Assembly: GCF_000017305.1 (NCBI RefSeq)
Contig: NC_009664.2
Coordinates: forward strand, 4,200,001 to 4,232,000
Length of the DNA: 32,000 nt
From: Kineococcus radiotolerans SRS30216 = ATCC BAA-149
GTDB taxonomy: Bacteria; Actinomycetota; Actinomycetes; Actinomycetales; Kineococcaceae
Direction: 5' to 3'
Part shown: piece after piece, positions 27,127 through 32,000 of the stretch
How positions within the stretch are numbered: the stretch's first letter is position 1
Layout: each line of letters opens with the position of its first letter
Translations under genes and position numbers: made by a program
The notes under the pieces: model-generated
Told to the model about the DNA's origin: nothing
The model's input: the letters and a program-made list of their open reading frames with translations, nothing else
Database searches by the model: none

Positions 27127-27825
27127 CTACCGGCCCGCCCCGGTGCTGCTGCCCCCCGCTGACCTCGTCGGGGAACCACCGCGACGTGAACGCCCCGCCC
27201 ACCGGCGGCGCACCAGCAGCACCACCGCCACGGCCGCCGTCGTCAGCACCAGCCACCGCGCCAGCACCGCCTCCGGGTGCACCGGCTGCACCGGCGGGAC
27301 GTCGAAGCCCGGGGCCAGCACGATCACCTGCAACGCCGCCCCGGCCGGCACGACCAGCGCCGCCAGCAGCCCCACCCGGCCCGGCCGGCGCACCAGCGCC
27401 CCGACCGCGCCCAGGGGGCCGCACAGCAGCACGCTGGCGACCAGCCAGATCAGCAGTTCGTCCACGTACCGGGCGAAGGGCTCAGCACGCAGGATCGAGT
27501 CGCTGACGTAGTACGTCAGGACCGCGCCCCCCGCGGCCAGGGACCCCGCTGCCGCGCCGACCCCCACCGCCCCACGCGCTGGGGCGCCGCCCGACGGAAC
27601 TGCTCGGTCCGGTACCGCCGGCGCGGGGGTCGTGGCCATCCAGCCGGCCGCGACGGCCAGCGCCGCCCACGCCCAGCCCGCGTTGAGGAGGTAGCTGGCG
27701 AAGCGCGCCACCGACTGCACCACCGGCTCCTCGCCCGGTCCACCCGAGGCGTTGGCGGAGGAGTCCACTGCGCCGAAGGTCATCCCGATCAGGACGGCAG
27801 CCACCAGGCGTGGGCGGGTCCACAT
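27127..27825 (-). CDS. Integral membrane protein, function unknown
   Basis: 232 aa with several hydrophobic helices (LVAAVLIGMTFGAV, AGWAWAALAVAAGW, LLIWLVASVLLCGPLGAVGAL, VLARWLVLTTAAVAVVLLV). Confidence 0.6.
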   Translation of the reverse strand: MWTRPRLVAAVLIGMTFGAVDSSANASGGPGEEPVVQSVARFASYLLNAGWAWAALAVAAGWMATTPAPAVPDRAVPSGGAPARGAVGVGAAAGSLAAGGAVLTYYVSDSILRAEPFARYVDELLIWLVASVLLCGPLGAVGALVRRPGRVGLLAALVVPAGAALQVIVLAPGFDVPPVQPVHPEAVLARWLVLTTAAVAVVLLVRRRWAGRSRRGGSPTRSAGGSSTGAGR

Positions 27826-27982
27826 GCGATCACGCTACTGGGGCTCTCCTCGACTCGTGGTCGTTCCGCCGACTGTCGCCGAGGGACCCGCGCGGCTGGT
27901 GGTGGCGTCTGTGATGTCTCAGGACTTCGGTGACAGTCTCAGGTCTGAGCAGGTGCCGGCCGCCAACGACAGCGCGCACCAC

Positions 27983-28000
27983 GCGGGATGACCGGGCGTC
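27983..28000 (+). repeat. Array repeat copy 1 (cgcgggatgaccgggcgt)
   Basis: Matches the consensus CGCGGGATGACCGTGCGT. Preceded by gcgcgcacca, as in copy 6. Confidence 0.85.
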
Positions 28001-28156
28001 CGCTGGGCTGGGCTTAGGCACGGTGACACCGGGAATGCCGGTACCCAGCGACGGCTTGTAGAGGGTGGTTGATCCGCTGCATGTCCCCGGGCCTCACCTT
28101 CAGCCGCCTTGAGCGGCCTTCCGCCGAGAGGCGACTGCCGGATCGACCACTACGTC

Positions 28157-28188
28157 ACGGCCGCCGGGCTACTCAGCCCGGCGGCCGT
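28157..28188. terminator. Perfect 14-bp stem hairpin inside the ORF-less unit
   Basis: ACGGCCGCCGGGCT-actc-AGCCCGGCGGCCGT. Symmetrical, so it can fold on either strand. There is no T-tract. Confidence 0.5.
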
Positions 28189-28221
28189 TGTGCGTCCCGA
28201 GCGGGTCAGCGCCGCGCTGAA

Positions 28222-28239
28222 CGCGGGATGACCGCGCGT
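28222..28239 (+). repeat. Array repeat copy 2 (cgcgggatgaccgcgcgt)
   Basis: Matches the consensus. A partial inverted partner GGTCATCC lies at 28273-28280. Confidence 0.85.
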
Positions 28240-28310
28240 CTGACCATGCGCCGTGGTCCTCCGATCACTCGGGGTCATCCATAAGCTGATCGCACCGCCA
28301 CCAACGGAGG

Positions 28311-28571
28311 ATGGAGCTCGTGGTCCCGTCGGGCAGGGTCGATCGCATGACGCAGCGACGCACCCCGCAGCAGACGGCACCCTGGACGCAGAAGCCCGCG
28401 ACGTGGATCGCCTTGGCGGTGGCCTTCCTGGCGCTCTCGACACCGCTGTGGATCGATGCCCTCAGCGGAGAGAAGACGCTCGGCTACCTGCCGGCTGCGG
28501 CCTTCACCGCGGCGGCTGCCTGCTTCGTGGTGCAGGCCCGCCGCAGCGCCCGGCGGCGGCTGGAGCGCTGA
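28311..28571 (+). CDS. Small membrane protein with two predicted TM helices
   Basis: ATWIALAVAFLALSTPLWI and LPAAAFTAAAACFVV hydrophobic segments with a basic C-terminus. GGAGG at 28306-28310 favours the in-frame GTG at 28320. ATG 28347 is also possible. Confidence 0.5.
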   Translation: MELVVPSGRVDRMTQRRTPQQTAPWTQKPATWIALAVAFLALSTPLWIDALSGEKTLGYLPAAAFTAAAACFVVQARRSARRRLER

Positions 28572-28658
28572 GCTGTTGGTGCGGCCACCGGACCCGCGAC
28601 GTGTGGCGCGTAGACGCCCCGGACTGCTGGCCAGAGGGTGGGCCCTCACCACGCAGAT

Positions 28659-28676
28659 CGCGGGATGACCGTGCGT
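28659..28676 (+). repeat. Array repeat copy 3 (cgcgggatgaccgtgcgt)
   Basis: Exact consensus, followed by the hairpin GTTCCC-cgcgtc-GGGAAC. Confidence 0.85.
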
Positions 28677-28723
28677 TCCCCGCGTCGGGAACGGATGCTC
28701 CGGCTGCTGGGGCTGCCGCTGCC

Positions 28724-29335
28724 TCAGCGCCGCTGCGCTGCCTCCTCCTCCTGCGGAGTCAGCAGCCACCGCGCGAAGCAGCCGCCATCCACTTCGGTGT
28801 ACCAGCGAGCGGTGACCTGGAAGGTGGTGGCCGGCGCCACGGGTAGCCGTAGCCCGGCCGGAGCGTGGGCTGCTTCGGCACCGGTGACCGGGTGCGGCTT
28901 CAGCGTGGGGAACGGGCCTGGCGCCGAGTCGATGATCGGGCCGCTGTGCTCCCCGGTCCCGTCCAGCGCGGCGTTGTAGAGCACCAGCTCTCCGGTGCAG
29001 ACGGTGAAAGTGCCCCCGGACTCGTCGTCGTCATCGAGGGGATGCTCCAGAGCGGCCTGCAGCACCGCCCCGTAGTCCTCGCCGGAGGCCTGCACGATGC
29101 GGATGTGCTGCTGGTCGCAGAAGACCTCCAGCCAGCTCTCGTCGTTGACGGCGCCGTCGGGGGCGATGAGCCCGGCGCTGCCTTCTCCCACGGGGGTGCT
29201 CGTCACGCTCTGGCCCAGGTCGCAGAGGGGCTCGTAGTGGTCGTGGCTGAACCCGGCCCAGGAGGCCAGGTGGGGGGCGTCGAGGGCGAGGTAGATCTCG
29301 CCGTCGCTCCAGAGGCGACCCACGTGCGTCCACAT
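28724..29335 (-). CDS. Putative polymorphic-toxin immunity protein (Imm21-like), 203 aa
   Basis: ATG 29335 is preceded by AAGGGAG. The pattern MWTHVGRLWSDGEIYLALDAPHLASWAGF...YEPLCDL...GSAGLIAPDG...IRIVQASGEDYGAVLQAAL...GELVLYNAALDG...FQVTARWYTEVDGGCFARWLL resembles my recollection of Imm21-family proteins. The family assignment alone has confidence of about 0.35. Confidence 0.65.
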   Translation of the reverse strand: MWTHVGRLWSDGEIYLALDAPHLASWAGFSHDHYEPLCDLGQSVTSTPVGEGSAGLIAPDGAVNDESWLEVFCDQQHIRIVQASGEDYGAVLQAALEHPLDDDDESGGTFTVCTGELVLYNAALDGTGEHSGPIIDSAPGPFPTLKPHPVTGAEAAHAPAGLRLPVAPATTFQVTARWYTEVDGGCFARWLLTPQEEEAAQRR

Positions 29336-29506
29336 CGGCTTCGCTCCCTTCGTCGAGGTGCTAGTCGCACCGGCTGCTGCGAACCCAGCCGCCACCCCAG
29401 CACGGCAGCCGGTGTTTGCATGATCTCGCACCTTGATCGACGTGAGGGCGCATGCGCGACCGGCGGTAAGACAACAAGGGGCGGCCACTCGTGATCACAC
29501 CCGGAG

Positions 29507-29524
29507 CGCGGGATGACCGTGAAG
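29507..29524 (+). repeat. Array repeat copy 4 (cgcgggatgaccgtgaag)
   Basis: Core CGCGGGATGACCGTG is conserved. An imperfect hairpin CGGGATGAC-cgtgaa-GTCGTCCCG overlaps it. Confidence 0.85.
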
Positions 29525-29562
29525 TCGTCCCGTCGGCGGCTCCCGCTCGCGATGATCGTTGG

Positions 29563-31044
29563 ATGCGGACGCTGCGACCGAATCGGATGATCGTCGCCTC
29601 CTCAGGGGTGTGGGTGCTGGATGAGCGGCAACCGGTGGCGGCGGTCCTCGATCCCGATACCGGGGCTGTGCGCCGACTGGTGTCGTGGGCGCAGTTGCCC
29701 CCGCCATCTGCGGGGGAGGACGTGGTGGTTTGCGCCGATGAGGACGGGTTGTGGGTCCAGCACTCCCGCCGCGGTCCGCTGGTGCGGGTGGACCTGGACG
29801 GGGTCGCTACCGCGGTGTGGACCCAGGGCCTGGTCCTGGCCGCCGCCGGTCCCGGGGGTGCGTGGTGCACCTCCCCGCCCCCGGCGCAGGAGCTGGTGCG
29901 CGGGGGTGAAGCTGAGCCAGTCATCTTCGCCGGCGGCGCGGCTCTGGCCCGGGTGGAGCGCGACGGCACGGTGCGGAAGGTGTTCACCGACGCACCCGTC
30001 AGTGCGCTGGCCACCACCGATGAGGCGTTGTGGGTGCAGCTGGACGTCGAGCCGGCGGCGCTGCGCGAGCTGGGCGCAGACACCTACGAGGGGACCTGGT
30101 CCAGCCGTTGGGTGCCGCTGCCCTGGACCGGTGATCTTCCGCAGCGGATCGAGGCGGTGGGCGGGCTGCCGCAGCCACCGTCGACTGCGGTTGCCGTCCG
30201 CCCGGGTGGGGTGGGGCGCTGGTCCGGCTACCTCTACGACCCCGACGTCGATGCGGACAGCGAGGAGGTGGTGGAGGCGGCTGGATCGTCGTGGCGGATG
30301 GGATGGCAGCCCGAAGCAGTGGATGTGCAGGACGAGTCAGAGGGTCGCCGCCCTGGCCGGGTCGTCGCCGCGGCCTTCGCGGTGCCGGATCCCCTGGGGG
30401 TGCCGGATCCGCGGGTGGAGGGGTTCAGTACCGAACCGGTACGGGTCTTCCAACTCGGCAGCTATGGGATCAGTGCCGCGGCCGGGGTGGGTGAGCACCT
30501 GGTGGTGGTGACCGGCGGGCCGCCGCCCTCGCTGGAGCCCACCCGGGACGGGTCAACGGCGGGTGGGTCGGAGGCGGAGAGGCGTGCAGGACCGCGGGAT
30601 CGGCCCACACCGTGTGTCGTGGCGCTGCATCCCGGTACCAGTGAGCTGCGGCTGTGGTTGAGCGGGGACGAGGTCGACATCAGCGACCTGTGCTGGCCGC
30701 TGGTGCCCCGGCCGTTGGACGCGGACTCCTACGCCCAGCAGGTGCTGACGTCGTGGAGCCGGATGGACCGCTACTGGCAGGGTCCCGATGGCTGGCACCC
30801 GTTGACGAGCGGGGTCAGCGGCAGCCGGGCGCGGCTGATCGGGGATTGGCCGGCGACGCGGGTGGAATTCACCTTCGACTACGCGCCCCGTCCAGGGGTG
30901 CGGGTGCGGCGCTTCATCGCCTTGTTCGACGAGTTGGGAGCCATCGAGTACCCCGAGTACGCCGACGTCGGTCTGATGGAGGACCTCGACACCGAACGGG
31001 TGCCGCCGTTGACGGACGCCCGTGACGGCTTTCTCGACATGTGA
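29563..31044 (+). CDS. Hypothetical protein (493 aa), no family recognised
   Basis: Long ORF with a non-repetitive, acidic, Trp-rich translation (GVWVLDE, DGLWVQH, EALWVQLD, C-terminal RFIALFDELGAIEYPEYADVGLMEDLD). Start at ATG 29563 or ATG 29587. Confidence 0.7.
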   Translation: MRTLRPNRMIVASSGVWVLDERQPVAAVLDPDTGAVRRLVSWAQLPPPSAGEDVVVCADEDGLWVQHSRRGPLVRVDLDGVATAVWTQGLVLAAAGPGGAWCTSPPPAQELVRGGEAEPVIFAGGAALARVERDGTVRKVFTDAPVSALATTDEALWVQLDVEPAALRELGADTYEGTWSSRWVPLPWTGDLPQRIEAVGGLPQPPSTAVAVRPGGVGRWSGYLYDPDVDADSEEVVEAAGSSWRMGWQPEAVDVQDESEGRRPGRVVAAAFAVPDPLGVPDPRVEGFSTEPVRVFQLGSYGISAAAGVGEHLVVVTGGPPPSLEPTRDGSTAGGSEAERRAGPRDRPTPCVVALHPGTSELRLWLSGDEVDISDLCWPLVPRPLDADSYAQQVLTSWSRMDRYWQGPDGWHPLTSGVSGSRARLIGDWPATRVEFTFDYAPRPGVRVRRFIALFDELGAIEYPEYADVGLMEDLDTERVPPLTDARDGFLDM

Positions 31045-31080
31045 GGCGCTACGGCTTGGAAGATTGGAGACCGCACGGAC

Positions 31081-31098
31081 GGCGGGATGACCGTGAAA
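31081..31098 (+). repeat. Array repeat copy 5 (ggcgggatgaccgtgaaa)
   Basis: Core CGGGATGACCGTGAA is shared with copy 4. The flanking CACGG/CCGTG can pair around it. Confidence 0.8.
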
Positions 31099-31123
31099 GT
31101 GACGTGCCGCCTCAGCAACCGCC

Positions 31124-31675
31124 GTGCACGATGGGCCGGTGCCGCAGCCTCTGCTCGTCCCCGTGATCACCGGTGAGTCCGTCACGTTGCGCCCCTTCGA
31201 GGCCAGCGACGTCGGCGCGGTGCTCGAGGCGACGACGGATCCATTGATCCCCTTGATCACCAGCGTCCCGGACACCGCGGACAGCAAGCTTGCTGCCGCG
31301 TTCGTGGGGCGTCAGCACGAGCGGGCGGTGACGGGCGTGGGCTACTCGTTCGCGGTGGAGTCCGGGTCGGTGTGCGTCGGGCAGATTGGCCTGTGGCTGC
31401 GCGATCTGGACTAGGGACGGGCCACGATCGGCTACTGGATCCGGCCCAGCAGTCGCCGGCGGGGCCACGCCGCGCAGGCTTTGGGCGCTTTGACGCAGTG
31501 GGCGTGGAGACTGCCGGAGGTGCACCGCCTTCAGCTCTACATCGAGCCGAGCAACGTCGGGTCGTGGCGTACCGCCGAGCGGGCGGGGTACGTCCGAGAG
31601 GGGCTGCTGCGTTCGTGGGAGGTCGTGGGGAACGAGCGTCGGGACATGTTCATGTACGGGATGGCGCGGCAGTAG
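31124..31675 (+). pseudogene. RimJ/RimL-like GNAT acetyltransferase interrupted by an in-frame TAG at 31412-31414
   Basis: Track ORFs 31124-31414 and 31481-31675 are in the same frame. Reading through the TAG gives ...LWLRDLD*GRATIGYWIRPSSRRRGHAAQAL...YIEPSNVGSWRTAERAGYVREG, one continuous GNAT fold whose acetyl-CoA motif (RRRGHA) lies after the stop. Confidence 0.75.
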
Positions 31676-31743
31676 CGAGCTGACCGCGGCCCTGCTGCAG
31701 TGGACTTCGTGCCTTGCATTGGCATCGGGGACCGCGCGCACAA

Positions 31744-31761
31744 CGCGGGATGACTGTGCGG
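31744..31761 (+). repeat. Array repeat copy 6 (cgcgggatgactgtgcgg)
   Basis: Preceded by gcgcgcacaa. The flanking CGCAC/GTGCG can pair. A degenerate half-copy ggcgggatggcgtc follows at about 31764-31777. Confidence 0.8.
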
Positions 31762-31844
31762 TCGGCGGGATGGCGTCTCACTCCTCGGCGCGCAGCGGGG
31801 CTGAATCGCCTGCGCAGGGGCGATGGTCGTGCCACGGTGAGCGG

Positions 31845-32000
31845 ATGAGCGCCGCGTCCGGTCACCCGTCGTCTCGTCCCGACCTCCTGCTGTTGGCCCT
31901 GGTGGGCCTGCCGGTGGTGGGGGCGGTGCTGACGCTGGCGGTGCAGCTGTACCTGGCGACCTGGGGTGGCGTCGACGTCGACGTGGTCTGGGTGCTGAGC
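31845..32000 (+). CDS. Membrane protein, 5' part only; continues beyond the window
   Basis: ATG 31845 opens MSAASGHPSSRPDLLLLALVGLPVVGAVLTLAVQLYLATWGG..., which stays open to the window end. The hydrophobic segment suggests a TM helix. Confidence 0.4.
   Translation, partial: MSAASGHPSSRPDLLLLALVGLPVVGAVLTLAVQLYLATWGGVDVDVVWVLS

Noticed and set aside
25745-27424. 559-aa minus-strand ORF covering the S41 region
   Set aside because: It is antisense to the motif-bearing S41-like gene and low in complexity.
27830-28088. Minus-strand frame reading ...TTLYKPSLGTGIPGVTVPKPSPADARSSRVVRAVVGG..., a possible gene remnant at the island edge
   Set aside because: The open frame is short and bounded by a stop at about 28088. 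Its only start is GTG 28021, and I recognise no family. At most it is a decayed fragment.
28069-28284. 71-aa plus-strand ORF in the ORF-less unit
   Set aside because: It is Arg-rich and runs straight through the 14-bp hairpin and repeat copy 2. Only its last 18 codons, the motif uORF, are of any interest.
27826-28310. tRNA or tmRNA gene as an island integration site
   Set aside because: I saw no cloverleaf-compatible sequence and no T-arm GGTTCGAATCC-like motif at the left boundary.
28638-28979. 113-aa plus-strand ORF starting near repeat copy 3, and the 164-aa minus-strand ORF 28275-28769
   Set aside because: The first is antisense to the better-supported Imm21-like gene. The second overlaps the small membrane gene and the repeat, and its translation is Arg/Gly-rich.
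27983-31761. Classifying the six repeats as integron attC sites or Xer dif-like sites
   Set aside because: There are no RYYYAAC/GTTRRRY core pairs, no long imperfect palindrome of attC type, and no 11-6-11 dif organisation. No intI or xer gene lies in the window. I kept this only as an architectural analogy.
1-32000. CRISPR arrays, rRNA genes, IS elements or transposases
   Set aside because: I found no regularly spaced 25-40-bp repeats with unique spacers, no rRNA-like conserved blocks, and no transposase or integrase-like ORFs. The only spaced repeats are the six array motifs, whose spacing of 240-1580 bp is gene-sized.

Overview
This is a very high-GC, actinobacterial-type chromosomal segment, densely packed with genes. 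From 1 to about 27.8 kb it looks like core or accessory metabolism. It starts with a translationally coupled six-gene operon (235-7788): three glycosyltransferases, an MsbA-like ABC exporter and two APH/maltokinase-like kinases. After that come a hypothetical protein, a P-loop NTPase and a GNAT; a TetR/SDR divergent pair with three palindromic operators; a lipoprotein; an HTH plus Clp_N-SRPBCC pair; a phnDCE-type phosphonate/phosphite ABC importer; and a minus-strand block of thioesterase, patatin, MDR oxidoreductase, SDR and MFS exporter under a divergent MarR. A secreted 5'-nucleotidase, an S41-like peptidase and a membrane protein complete this part. From about 27.83 kb to the window end the character changes. 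GC is visibly lower, and six same-orientation copies of an 18-nt motif (consensus CGCGGGATGACCGTGCGT) sit in the intergenic gaps. They divide the region into single-gene units: an empty unit with a perfect hairpin, a small 2-TM protein, an inverted Imm21-like putative immunity protein, a 493-aa unknown protein, a GNAT with an in-frame amber codon, and a truncated membrane protein. This repeat-punctuated, cassette-like array is the strongest candidate for something undescribed. It resembles integron or recombinase-associated immunity-gene arrays but does not match attC or dif sites, and no recombinase is visible in the window. I recognised no rRNA, tRNA, CRISPR array or transposase. Most long ORFs in the six-frame track are antisense or out-of-frame shadows typical of high-GC DNA. 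All family assignments come from reading motifs by eye; no searches were run.
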